Source: a virus. Taken from it: 64,000 nucleotides of DNA. A program made the position numbers and the translations under genes. Each line of letters begins with the position of its first letter. The stretch's first letter is position 1. Below the pieces are notes generated by a model. That model searched no databases, was not told the origin of the DNA, and saw only the letters and a program-made list of their open reading frames with translations. The stretch lies in the IMG/VR virus record IMGVR_UViG_3300037540_000302, positions 3,551 through 67,550 of that record; one strand, written 5' to 3'. This document shows positions 20,137 through 30,102 of the stretch, piece after piece.

Positions 20137-20874
20137 TTATATCTCCTGGCCATCGCTTATATTTATTTCGTAATAAAAATCAATAATTTTCCCATTTAAT
20201 ATGACTTTAAAATTATTCTTAATAAATAGCGGTATTTTATTCTCTTCACAAAAATGTATTAATTTAATAGCCCATTCCCATGATGGATGAAAATTGCTTT
20301 TCCTTTCAGGGGTTTCGGTGCCTACCATAATCCAATTAAACCGATTAAGTATTTTTTTAAAGTCCTTTAATTCTACTTCTTCTTGAATAGGCTCAATTGA
20401 AAAAAACCAATTTTTACCATAATTATTCTCAAAAAGGTTAGTCATTTTAAGTTTTCTTAAGTCTGCATTTTTTGTTATCGTTATGCCTAACCAGCAATTA
20501 GGAGGGAATATAAAATGCTTATATATCTCTGGATATTTCGTTAAAAATATAAAGGTATGATTTTCGTTTTTGTTTAAATCAGTCACCTTCAAAACTCTTT
20601 GTATCCATTCAGGTTTCCAGAATCTTATGTCACTCATGGAGCCTACAAAAATCCTTGAAGGTTTTTTTGGGAATGATTTTTGGAAATTATTTTCATTCCA
20701 TTGGACATCTTGAAATGACTCCATTTTTTTGTATTGGGGTAGATAATCCTTGAAGCGATTATAATATTTCTCAGCATAACACTGAAACTTCTTTTTTTGT
20801 GTGCAGTTTCCCTTACATCCATCGACCGGATTCCAAATATAGTCACACCATTCAATACCTGATTCACTTATCAT
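20137..20874 (-). CDS. DUF5131 (phage Gp37/Gp68, radical SAM-like) protein
   Basis: IEWCDY.WNPVDGC...C...CYA, IFVGSMSD, FLTKYPE, SIEP, W.MVGTET, PLFIK. Confidence 0.9.
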   Translation of the reverse strand: MISESGIEWCDYIWNPVDGCKGNCTQKKKFQCYAEKYYNRFKDYLPQYKKMESFQDVQWNENNFQKSFPKKPSRIFVGSMSDIRFWKPEWIQRVLKVTDLNKNENHTFIFLTKYPEIYKHFIFPPNCWLGITITKNADLRKLKMTNLFENNYGKNWFFSIEPIQEEVELKDFKKILNRFNWIMVGTETPERKSNFHPSWEWAIKLIHFCEENKIPLFIKNNFKVILNGKIIDFYYEINISDGQEI

Positions 20875-21476
20875 TCTGCCCTCTCATAATTATCACATTG
20901 CATGCAAATCTCCACCATGAGATTATAATTAATCCATGACATAGCCTGGGTTAACTTTATATTGTGTTTTTTATTAAATTCATTCCAATCTTTCATTTTT
21001 TCACATTCAGTCAAATGGATACAGATAAAGCAACCTCCTCTAAAATTGATAAAATTAACTAATGATTGTTTTTTCATCTTAAGTCCTCCTCTGTAATCTC
21101 AATTCCATCTATCATGCAGCGCCTTTCTATTCGTAGAATCTCTTCTTCCCATAAAGCTATAGAGGTAAATATAGCAATTCTTTTTTTACTATCCACTGTA
21201 GGCTTTAATTCTTCAAGTATTCCAATATAATGCTTTGCTAACTTAATACTTTGAATGACTCTTTGTCTTTCTGCTTCTTTTTCGGTTTTATAGGTCATTT
21301 CTTATCCTTCCACCATTCTAATCCATCATATTTTTTAGGGGTTTTACATGATGTACAATCATCAATTTCATTTATTTGATAATATGAGCAATAGTGAAAT
21401 GATTTAAAGCCAAATTTCTTTAATGTTTCTTTTGCTTCTATGTATCTGTAATACGGACAAGCTTTATTTAATTTTT

Positions 21477-22085
21477 TCATTTTTTATCCTCCCACAACTC
21501 TGGGCTTTCGTGGATATTGCCGATTTTTTCTATACCGGATATATATTCAATTAGTTCTTTTTCAGATTTTAATTTGTATTTTTTTAATAAATATTGCAGT
21601 TCGCCTTCTTCTGGATCATCCCATTTTAAATCTGAATCCTGAACCCTAAAGCCTCCCAACATTTGCTCTTTATCAATTTTTTCATGGTATATCCAAGATA
21701 ACGGAACAATATGACCAAAAGAATTATTATCAACCTCCCGTTGGATCGTAAATCGATCTTTGTAATATACAATTGGGCTGACAATTTCTCTTATATATGG
21801 TTCGAGCGGCTCCCTGTAGTGCCCATCGGGGCAAGGCATATTATCGCCATAATGATCTTGATAATAACGAGATGGTAACCTGATTCTGACTATATCATCT
21901 TGATAAAGCTCTGCTTTATTTTTATCTTCAAGTCCGATCCGCTTCATTCTGATACATTCTATAAATTTAACTCCCGTTTCTATTCCTTTATGATCGAAAT
22001 ATACACGTTCTTCTTTGAAATTTATTGAAACTACATCAAAAATCTTATCCAAACAATTCACATAGACTCTATATTCTGAATTCAT
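21477..22085 (-). CDS. YopX family protein
   Basis: IGLEDKNKAELYQDDIV and EKIGNIHESPEL. Confidence 0.85.
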   Translation of the reverse strand: MNSEYRVYVNCLDKIFDVVSINFKEERVYFDHKGIETGVKFIECIRMKRIGLEDKNKAELYQDDIVRIRLPSRYYQDHYGDNMPCPDGHYREPLEPYIREIVSPIVYYKDRFTIQREVDNNSFGHIVPLSWIYHEKIDKEQMLGGFRVQDSDLKWDDPEEGELQYLLKKYKLKSEKELIEYISGIEKIGNIHESPELWEDKK

Positions 22086-22982
22086 TCTAATCCTCCCTAT
22101 TTAATTCAGGAAATCCCCGAAAGCCTGATGGGGTAAATCTGTATGCTGGCAAAGATTTAAGAATCGGTAAATATTTTCGATAGAATACGGCGCGGGCGGT
22201 GAAGGCTTTTTTGATTTCAGGGGTTAATTCATGTAATATTCCATTATTTCCCAATATTTTAAAAACTTTTTCATAGGAATTAAATCCTGAGCAAAAAATA
22301 TCTAAAGATAAAAAATCATGAGAATATTTAAGATAAAGTGGGCATGGGATACAACGTTTTGTTATTTTGCATAATTCGCAAGTGTAGGGCGAACAATAAG
22401 GTTCCCCTATTCTCGGATTCTCATATCTATCAAGCTGCCGTTCCCAGGCTGCTAATATTTTTATTTTCCAGGTCATTTTAATCCCTCCACATTTTTCTTG
22501 AAATATTTATGCCAGCAATCTTTACATTCATAACTTCTCCCATAACTTGCAAATTCACAAATTGATGAACTTGTGGGGGGACACGGGGGTATAGTCTCAT
22601 TAAAACTTAATAATTCAAGGTATTTTTTATAACCTATACCTATTAATTCTAAATTTTCATTGAGAGTTTTTAATTCCATTTTAACTTACTTCCACATTTC
22701 TTTTATATTTTCGTTTACTTGCGATATGTCAATCTTTGTAATTGTATCCATAATATCACTAAATAAATATTCAATTCCACATGAGCGGCAAATAATTATA
22801 TCACCATAAATATACCAGCGCCGACAATTACAGCCGCACCTTATGGCTTCTTTCATTTTAGCCTCACTTCTTCCCAAATGGCCTCCTATAAACATTTAGT
22901 TTGAACTTATCATTAAATGACATTATGTTAGCGCTCACTATTTTACATTGAGGATTTTGTAATTTAAGATATATCTCATCTT

Positions 22983-23684
22983 TCATTTTAACCTCCTGTC
23001 GGGGCCGGTCATTTCTTTTATCATCTGATACCAAATTGCCTTATAAATAGATCCGGTTTCAGCAAACCTGTCGTGTGTTGTGGGGTAATTTTCTTCTAAG
23101 CTTCCCGTTATTACATTTCCATAATCATCCTTTGTAATATCAGGATTATCATTTATCGTAATAATAATTTTATCAGCCCTTAAGCTATCCCAAAATTCCT
23201 CAAATTCACCAATAAAATTTTCAGTTTTTACTTTCGGTGTATTCCAAAAGTCATCAATTATAAGAAAACTACTATCAACTAATTTTTCATATTGCATACA
23301 ATAATCAGTCTTTTCAATTCCACCATATGTTATTAAATGAAATATTTGTTGTAGTTTGGTCGCGCGGATACAATTCGTAAGCCCAAATCTATATCTGTTA
23401 ACTTTAGCAAATTCACTCATAGCCCAATAAGCAAAAAATGTTTTGCCAATTCTTGTTTTACCCCAAATCAAAAGAGTACGAGCGTCTTTATCTTTTAAAA
23501 ATTCATTGCCAATTTTTATCCAATCCCTTTTATAGCCTGCCGGATTCCATTCAACCTGATATTGTTTAGGGATGTATTTAGTTTTTGATATTTCATGCTG
23601 ACAGCTACAGGGGCGGAAATATTCTTTTTCATCTTTTTTATATCTTTCCATATTGGTTCCATTACAAATTTCACAAACTTTCAT
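22983..23684 (-). CDS. DnaC/IstB-like ATPase (helicase loader)
   Basis: N-terminal CxxC..CxC, Walker A GKTRIGKT, Walker B LIIDD; directly follows the initiator gene. Confidence 0.8.
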   Translation of the reverse strand: MKVCEICNGTNMERYKKDEKEYFRPCSCQHEISKTKYIPKQYQVEWNPAGYKRDWIKIGNEFLKDKDARTLLIWGKTRIGKTFFAYWAMSEFAKVNRYRFGLTNCIRATKLQQIFHLITYGGIEKTDYCMQYEKLVDSSFLIIDDFWNTPKVKTENFIGEFEEFWDSLRADKIIITINDNPDITKDDYGNVITGSLEENYPTTHDRFAETGSIYKAIWYQMIKEMTGPDRRLK

Positions 23685-24454
23685 TTTCCCCTCGGTCTCC
23701 TTGGTTGCTGTACATTATTCCATTTAGCCATATCTGCAAATTTTTCCATAAGATTTTCGTTTGATAAAAAGACGGTTAAATTTTCAAATATCTTATACCA
23801 CTTTTTTCCATATTTATATTGAGTCCACCCCCTTTGTTTACATTCATTAAAATATTGGCTGACTCTCCTTGCGATACATTCCATATCTGTACTATTTGCC
23901 TTTGCTAATTTTATAGCTTGCTTAAAAGTTTTAATATTAGTTACTGTTATTTTTGTAATTTCTTCAAAAATATTTTTGGCCTCTTCTTCTTTACTTTCCT
24001 TTACTATACTCTCCTTTCCTTTACTTTGGGGTTTAATGTCAGCATTAACCTCTTTGAGTGGGGTTTCTGTGGACTTTAACGCCAATATTTGGGTCTTAGT
24101 GTATACATTTATATCCCTACGCTGGTAAACTGTAGACAAGTTGTCGATAAAATTTTGACTTCTTATTATTTTTATTTTCCATAATTCTTGATCTATTGCA
24201 TCAACTTCCGCAAGCGTGTCCAGTATCTTTTCTGCATTTTCCCCACTCAATAGGGTTTTTGCTAACAAAAATTTCCATGTATTTTTGTTATTGCAATCAA
24301 CAAAATGATGCTCTGTGCTGCCTAATAATTCTAATATTTTAAACCAAAATGCGTATCCATCATTTTTAAATTCCGATTCAAGTATATAAATCGTTTTTCC
24401 ATTTGTTGTAAAATGTGGAAAATAGTCAACTGTTGCTTTTTTTGGTCTTGACAT
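23681..24454 (-). CDS. Replication initiator (DUF4373/Lin1244-like N-terminal domain)
   Basis: MSRPKKATVDYFPH...ILES.F.NDGYAFWFKILELLG; QSKGKESIVKESK linker. Confidence 0.85.
   Translation of the reverse strand: MSRPKKATVDYFPHFTTNGKTIYILESEFKNDGYAFWFKILELLGSTEHHFVDCNNKNTWKFLLAKTLLSGENAEKILDTLAEVDAIDQELWKIKIIRSQNFIDNLSTVYQRRDINVYTKTQILALKSTETPLKEVNADIKPQSKGKESIVKESKEEEAKNIFEEITKITVTNIKTFKQAIKLAKANSTDMECIARRVSQYFNECKQRGWTQYKYGKKWYKIFENLTVFLSNENLMEKFADMAKWNNVQQPRRPRGK
24027..24115. repeat. Three imperfect repeats with about 32-bp period inside the initiator gene; candidate origin iterons
   Basis: tggggtttaatgtcagcattaac / tggggtttctgtggactttaac / ttgggtcttagtgtatacatttat beside a strand-biased purine tract. 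Confidence 0.5.
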
Positions 24455-24902
24455 TTTCTTTATTTTTCTCACTTAAATATTTAAAATATGAATCAATTAC
24501 TATTTGTTGTAATTTAGGATTTCTCATAACATGATCTATTGCACTAAAAACAACGTGTTTTAAATGATTGAATTTCCAAAATGGAATTTGATAAACCATT
24601 TCATCAATATCGCTTGATGTCACCCCGATCATTGATAGTCCGCTAGAAAGCATATTGATTACTAGTTGGAATTCATCTTTTTCTGTTTTATGGCAATTTT
24701 CACATAGTGTTACCAGGGATTCATTAGGATATTCCCATGGCTCAAGAGTATTATTATAATAACAATGATGAACGTGTAGTGTGGTTTCAGTATCACAGCA
24801 ACGCTGACATATCCATAAGTCCCTTTCTAATATCTCTAACCTCTTCTTTTGCCACCGTGGATCACGGAGCTTCTCTGAATAACTCTTATAATCGTTTTTC
24901 AT
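24426..24902 (-). CDS. HNH endonuclease
   Basis: DPRWQKKRLEILERD..CQRC....LHVHH..Y....PWEY....LVTLCENCH. Confidence 0.88.
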   Translation of the reverse strand: MKNDYKSYSEKLRDPRWQKKRLEILERDLWICQRCCDTETTLHVHHCYYNNTLEPWEYPNESLVTLCENCHKTEKDEFQLVINMLSSGLSMIGVTSSDIDEMVYQIPFWKFNHLKHVVFSAIDHVMRNPKLQQIVIDSYFKYLSEKNKENVKTKKSNS

Positions 24903-25120
24903 ATTTTCTCTGGCTCCGGGATTTCCAATCCCCTTTCAATTGATACTTCAAGCCACAGCTTTTTTGCGTCTTTGATGTTCTTTAATACCTCTTCTTCCGT
25001 TTCGCCCTGAGTACAACAGCCCCTTAACTCTACAATCCGTGCAACAAACCCCCCGTAAGGGTCAGGTATTATAATTGTGCTATAGGATAAGTTTAAATAA
25101 TATTCAAGATTTTTTTTCAT
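24899..25120 (-). CDS. hicB: HicB-family antitoxin (short, no partner toxin)
   Basis: LEYYLNL.Y...I.PD..GGFVARI.EL.GC.TQGET.EE.L.NI.DAK.LWLE...E.G.EIPEP; probable start 25120. Confidence 0.85.
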   Translation of the reverse strand: MKKNLEYYLNLSYSTIIIPDPYGGFVARIVELRGCCTQGETEEEVLKNIKDAKKLWLEVSIERGLEIPEPEKI

Positions 25121-25309
25121 GACCGATCTCAAAAATAACACAGCCACCCGGAAGGACACATCGGTCATGTGGAATCTTCCGGGTATAGGCTGTGCATATA
25201 TCTTTATATGGGCTTCGCAACCCACAACGGGTGTCAAAATTGCTTTTTTTAACCGATGTGTCATTTTTCATAACATCCTTATTATATCATTCCTTCTTCT
25301 TTTTTGCAA
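25104..25309 (-). promoter_or_regulatory. Promoter plus structured attenuator-like leader with a 55-codon leader ORF (25271-25104)
   Basis: TTGCAA-N17-TATAAT (25309-25281); long hairpin 25138-25195 followed by TATTTTT; competing 11-nt pairing 25252-25262 with 25155-25165. Confidence 0.65.
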
Positions 25310-25455
25310 GCTTTTTCTCTAAAAAATCTCTCATTTGACTTTTGTTATTTATCTTATAGCTAAAAAAATTACCGATTTTTTTATTAAAATCAGGAAATTT
25401 CGCTAAACTAAAAAACCAGCACATTTTTATTAATTTATTTTTTTTCATTTTTTAA

Positions 25456-26337
25456 TCATTTGTCAACTATTTTTAATTTTTCACCTAATGATATATACCA
25501 AATGCCATTAATTAATTTTGGTATATAGCTTCCTTCTACATTACCATTTTCTAATCCTATCTTTTTGTTTAGCTTTAAATAACTAATTACTATGGTTAGC
25601 TGATAACTTAGAGTATAGGCGTTTGATTTATTAATTTTCCTAAACTTTAAAGAGTTATTTTTTTTTGAATATGCAATACTGATTCGATCTGGCCATTCCC
25701 ATTTTGAAATATCACCAAAATATCTACTAAGATAAATATAATAATTATAATAACTTTCAGAAGTCTTATATAATTTTATAGTTATAATCGGTTTTTTATG
25801 TTCATAATTATACATTTTAACTTTATGTTTTCTTAAAATTTGATAAGCCATACTATTGGCTATTTGATATTTTTTAGCAATTTTCTTTATATCTTTATGC
25901 TCCCTGTATTCATCACAAATCTTTAATTGCTTAGTGATATTAATCCCCTTTTGATGTTCCGCACGATGGCAAGATGCACATAAAATTTTTATATCATCAA
26001 TTGATGTGGCTGGTTCTTGGATATGGTGTATGTGTATATTCTTTTTACTTCCACATTCACAACATTTATTTTCAGTAAATCTTTGTAAAACTCTATAGCT
26101 ATCGCTTTTCCTATTATTAGAATTTTTAAAATATTCTTTTAGTGAATTAACGGGATTGCCCGCATTCTTATTGCCACGCTTTATTCTCGGTATTCCTAAT
26201 TTTTCCATTTCTTGTTGTATGTATTGATGAGAAAATTTAAATCTATCAGCTATTTCTCTTAGGGTCATATTTTTGTTGTGATATAAATCTGTCAGTTCTT
26301 TTTTTAGTTCTGATTTATTAGAGTTTAGTTTTCTCAT
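25456..26337 (-). CDS. HNH endonuclease with flanking HTH domains (homing-endonuclease-like)
   Basis: TLREIADRF HTH; CCECG...IHIHH......ILCASCH; second HTH IKKIAKKYQI. Confidence 0.75.
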   Translation of the reverse strand: MRKLNSNKSELKKELTDLYHNKNMTLREIADRFKFSHQYIQQEMEKLGIPRIKRGNKNAGNPVNSLKEYFKNSNNRKSDSYRVLQRFTENKCCECGSKKNIHIHHIQEPATSIDDIKILCASCHRAEHQKGINITKQLKICDEYREHKDIKKIAKKYQIANSMAYQILRKHKVKMYNYEHKKPIITIKLYKTSESYYNYYIYLSRYFGDISKWEWPDRISIAYSKKNNSLKFRKINKSNAYTLSYQLTIVISYLKLNKKIGLENGNVEGSYIPKLINGIWYISLGEKLKIVDK

Positions 26338-26526
26338 TTTTTATTAATTATTTCTCTTGAAATTTCTTACATTGCTTTTCTTTAATATACACAAATGTAG
26401 TTTTATGTTGGTTACATGCAACACCTATTCTATTTAAGCATATGAAAAATTTCGCATTTAAGCATGTATAGCAAAGAGATTCTTTCACAGTTTCACTTGC
26501 CATCTGATAATGCCACAAAGTTATAT

Positions 26527-26745
26527 TCACATCCCCTCCAGTTCCGGTATATCAAGTCCCATTTTAAATGCCGCTTCAAGCCACATTTTTTTGTGAATTT
26601 TAAGTACTCTCATGGCCTCCGCTTTAGTTTTCCCCCACGCCACGCAGCCTTTTAGCTCTTTAATTTTTATTCCAAATCCGCCGTCATATGGCTCCACAAT
26701 TACCGTATAAGGTAACTTCATATAATAATCAATATCTTTTTTCAT
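26527..26745 (-). CDS. hicB: Second HicB-family antitoxin
   Basis: IDYYMKLPY...VEP.DGGF...I.ELKGC.AWGKT..EA......K.MWLEAA...G.DIPE. Confidence 0.85.
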   Translation of the reverse strand: MKKDIDYYMKLPYTVIVEPYDGGFGIKIKELKGCVAWGKTKAEAMRVLKIHKKMWLEAAFKMGLDIPELEGM

Positions 26746-27079
26746 TCGTATCTCTCCTAACACTCTTAATTTCTACCCCATCACTATTTTTAATTTTAGT
26801 AATGCCAGGTATTTCGTGCCCATCTATTGTATAAAATGAATATCCACTTATCCCCACTACCTTCTTAATATTATCAATCCAGGTAAGCAATTCTCCTAAA
26901 CCTAAATCATCTTTTGGGATTCTATAGTGTATGGTTCCTTTCCATCGTAGGACTATTTGTTCATTGTCTTTTTTCATTATTGTCTCTTTTCTCATAATAA
27001 CGAAAATGCCCGTAGTATTATATAAATAGCCCCGACAACCAATAAAGAAAATCCTATATCGAATATCCAATATTTTATT

Positions 27080-27469
27080 TTATCTTTCATCCCTTAACTC
27101 CTTATCCCATTTCCATCCTTCAATCTCAAAAACAGGAGTTGGTTCTTTTTCACCATTTTCAACAAATAATTTATTTAGCCTAAATAATCCACCACTTGTA
27201 TAATTGCAAGGTTTTATTTTATTTCCTATTTCACCCTTGCACCCAGGTATTAATCTACCTATGCAACTAAAATGAATTAATCCCATAATTCTATCAGCCG
27301 ACATATCAATATTCAATTCGCCACCTAACTTTAAAAAATCATTATAGCTTTGAGTATTTCCACAATTGGGGCATATAAATTTAATATCTCTTTTGTGGCC
27401 AGCTTTTCCACCAGCAATTTCAATCATTTCCTGAAACTTTTCTAATGTTATAGTTCTTATTTCATCCAT
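27080..27469 (-). CDS. VVA0879-like zinc-binding phage protein
   Basis: FICPNCG..QS..DF, FSCIGR, CNYTSGGLF.L. Confidence 0.7.
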   Translation of the reverse strand: MDEIRTITLEKFQEMIEIAGGKAGHKRDIKFICPNCGNTQSYNDFLKLGGELNIDMSADRIMGLIHFSCIGRLIPGCKGEIGNKIKPCNYTSGGLFRLNKLFVENGEKEPTPVFEIEGWKWDKELRDER

Positions 27470-27914
27470 TTTAATCTCCTTTTAAATTTTTAATATTGCG
27501 AACCGGGGAGAGGGCATAAACCTATACCCTGGTCGCTAATCTCCCCGGCGTCGTTATAGGTTAATATTTTTGTATGATTTAGTTTGCAGCCAGCTTTCAG
27601 GGTCACCACTCCCTGTTTATTTTCCGCCTCTTGCATGACGTACTTCTGGCCATGTTGCACCTCCTTTTTTAGATTAATTAATTTCATTTATCTTCTGCTT
27701 TTTCTTATTATTAACTCAATTCTAAATTCCCAAAACAAAAAAATAAAACCAAAATGAATTTCATCATTAAGCCCAATTGTTGAATTTCTTAAAAAAGATA
27801 AGCTAATATAGATGGTAGGAATTAAAAATAATTGCTTTATATAACGTGCAATAATTATTATCCGTTTATACTCTTTTATCATCTTTGCTCCTTTTTTAGA
27901 TTTTTAATAATGCG

Positions 27915-28357
27915 GAATAACCGGCATGGGGTTGGATACTTGTGCTTACTTTGTGAATCGCGCGTGGTAAACATATCCTTTGGGCGCCTGCTTGTCAAGA
28001 TTTCCCCGATATTATATTGCCTGCTTGACCGGCATATCACGGAATGCTCTCGGTTATTCAAATTAATGCCGTGGGGCGCAACGGTTCGGGGGATGGGGAA
28101 ATCTATTCCGGTTAGGAGGCCATCTATTCGTTTATCCTCCCGTACTTGTCTCAATTCTCTATTGTAGTTACTGCGCCCCTTAATTATGGGATTCATAGTA
28201 TTGCAAGCACCCGGTGAGCACCTTTCCATATGGGACATTTGTTTGACACTCACCGGGGCCTCTAATGTATTAATGCAAAACCCGGCAGGACTTTGAACCG
28301 TGTGATCAAAAAATATAGGAGGTTTTTTGAATTTGGCCTTTGCGCCTGCCGGGCTTT
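27915..28357 (-). ncRNA. Tandem array of four GC-clamped stem-loops (candidate sRNA cluster)
   Basis: Stems 28277-28357, 28207-28259, 28073-28179, 27915-28059; mismatches in three of them resolve as G.U only on the minus strand. Confidence 0.55.
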
Positions 28358-28588
28358 TATTTTTATTGGAGGGAAATAGTTCTCTTATTGCCTTATCAAA
28401 TTTTTCTTTATCTTCCTTAAGCTCCTGCTCGTTTTTGCGTTGCCTATGATCTTCATTGCAGATTCTTTTCCCACAATGAATCCCCATAAAAAATGTCAGG
28501 ATAAGAAGGATGCACCATATTATAAAAAATAAAGTAAAATAATCGCACTTAAAATCCTGCGCTGGGGTTATGGGATCGCCGTGCTTTC

Positions 28589-28996
28589 TCATTCTATCTC
28601 CTCAATCCAAATATCAATCCCTGGAATTTCGCTCCATACTTTTTTTAAATTATGCATTTCAACTACTTTGCAATCATCCTCAATTAATCTGTCTTTAATC
28701 GCATCAAAAAGGGGCTTCTGCAAATTATCAGTCAAATCAGGTTCTTGCCCACAATGCGAACCCCACAATATTTCCCATTTTGTAGAAATATAATATATCA
28801 ATTTTCTTACAATTAGATTGCCCCTTAGCTTCCTGAAATCCCTACCTAATTCTTTACGCATGAGATAATAAACAGCCTTTTGATATTCTCTTTTCTCTTC
28901 TGTTTTGTATACATGGGGCTTGCCATTCTTAAACCCAATTCCATCCGATTGATAACACCGGGGTTCAATTTTGATTTGGACTTCTATTTTGTTCAT
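28589..28996 (-). CDS. rusA: RusA-family Holliday junction resolvase
   Basis: PDLTDNLQKPLFDAI....IEDDCKVV. Confidence 0.85.
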   Translation of the reverse strand: MNKIEVQIKIEPRCYQSDGIGFKNGKPHVYKTEEKREYQKAVYYLMRKELGRDFRKLRGNLIVRKLIYYISTKWEILWGSHCGQEPDLTDNLQKPLFDAIKDRLIEDDCKVVEMHNLKKVWSEIPGIDIWIEEIE

Positions 28997-29140
28997 TATG
29001 CTTTTGTCATCGTGACATTTGAATCAAGTTCGTAAATTTGACTACACTTACTACATTCCACCTGAATAATTTCTTCAAAGTTCATCTCGGTATATATTTT
29101 GGACTGACAATTTTGACAAATCATTGTTATTTTTCCCATT

Positions 29141-30094
29141 TTATACCTCCTGATAATCGGGATTTGAACCTGATAAATCCAATTTTATAATCGAAACTCT
29201 ACAATATTCACTTGCACTTACAGTATATTCTTTTTTTTGTACTAGTTTTTTTTCGATTACAAATTCATTGCAAATAAACTTATCACCATCAGCGTCTTTT
29301 ACGAGATGTTTAATTGATCTATCAAGCTTTTCGTATTCCTTCGCCCTTTCATATAGTTCTTCTCTTTTCTCTAACATGCCCAAAAATTCATGATCTTCAA
29401 TCATTTTGGCAGCATCCATCTTTATGGGCGGTAAGCAAATATGTCGATATTCACATTTCTTACATATGTCAACATTAACCTCTCGCTCTGGGAATGTCTT
29501 TTTTTCAACATGCTTATTTATTAACTTGCATTTGTTTTCAATTTCAATAAACTTTTTCCCATCTGCCAGTATTTCGATTACTCTCAAATCCTTAGCCGTT
29601 TTGTTCTTTAGGAGTATCCAAAATTTTGGATATGACGACAACATCATGTAGGCTTGCATCTGCCATTCCCATTTTTTCATCCAGTATCGCCTTTCAAAAT
29701 CTTCAATAGTTTGAATTTGTGGATATAGATTAGGATCACAAGTTTTAATATCAAAGGGAACCTCTTCTCCTGTAGCGGTGTCGGCCAATACGCCGTCAAT
29801 GTGCCCAGTTAAATTTAAATCATTTTTGGGGAAAGACATATTTTGGAGATATGCTCTATACCCCAATTCTTCAAGCCATTGAGTGACCGCTTTTTCTTGA
29901 TCATTTCCTTCTCCAAATATCATATGAGAATAAGGGCTTAATGGTAATGCTTTATCCCATGATGTTCTGCAGTAAACCAGATATCGCATACAGGGGTGCC
30001 CAATCCCACTCGCCCTATTAGAGTGAGTCGGGAAATTTTCCTGCTTCCTTTCGTAGTATTCCTTTATTTTATTTTCAAAATTTTCTTTTTCCAT
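29141..30094 (-). CDS. Cas4-like PD-(D/E)XK exonuclease with Fe-S cysteines
   Basis: RAS.IG.PC.R, GHIDG, DIKT, QMQAYM, CKKCEYRHIC. Confidence 0.85.
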   Translation of the reverse strand: MEKENFENKIKEYYERKQENFPTHSNRASGIGHPCMRYLVYCRTSWDKALPLSPYSHMIFGEGNDQEKAVTQWLEELGYRAYLQNMSFPKNDLNLTGHIDGVLADTATGEEVPFDIKTCDPNLYPQIQTIEDFERRYWMKKWEWQMQAYMMLSSYPKFWILLKNKTAKDLRVIEILADGKKFIEIENKCKLINKHVEKKTFPEREVNVDICKKCEYRHICLPPIKMDAAKMIEDHEFLGMLEKREELYERAKEYEKLDRSIKHLVKDADGDKFICNEFVIEKKLVQKKEYTVSASEYCRVSIIKLDLSGSNPDYQEV

Positions 30095-30102
30095 AATCTA
30101 TC

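Noticed and set aside
20137-20874. DUF5131 radical SAM as the maturase of the RiPP precursor
   Set aside because: About 10 kb away, no RRE or SPASM domain seen, and the family is widespread in phages
25121-25264. N-terminal extension of HicB
   Set aside because: The region is a structured leader; HicB similarity starts at Met 25120
29141-30094. Cas4-like gene as evidence of CRISPR-Cas
   Set aside because: No repeat-spacer array or other cas genes seen; context is a phage recombination module
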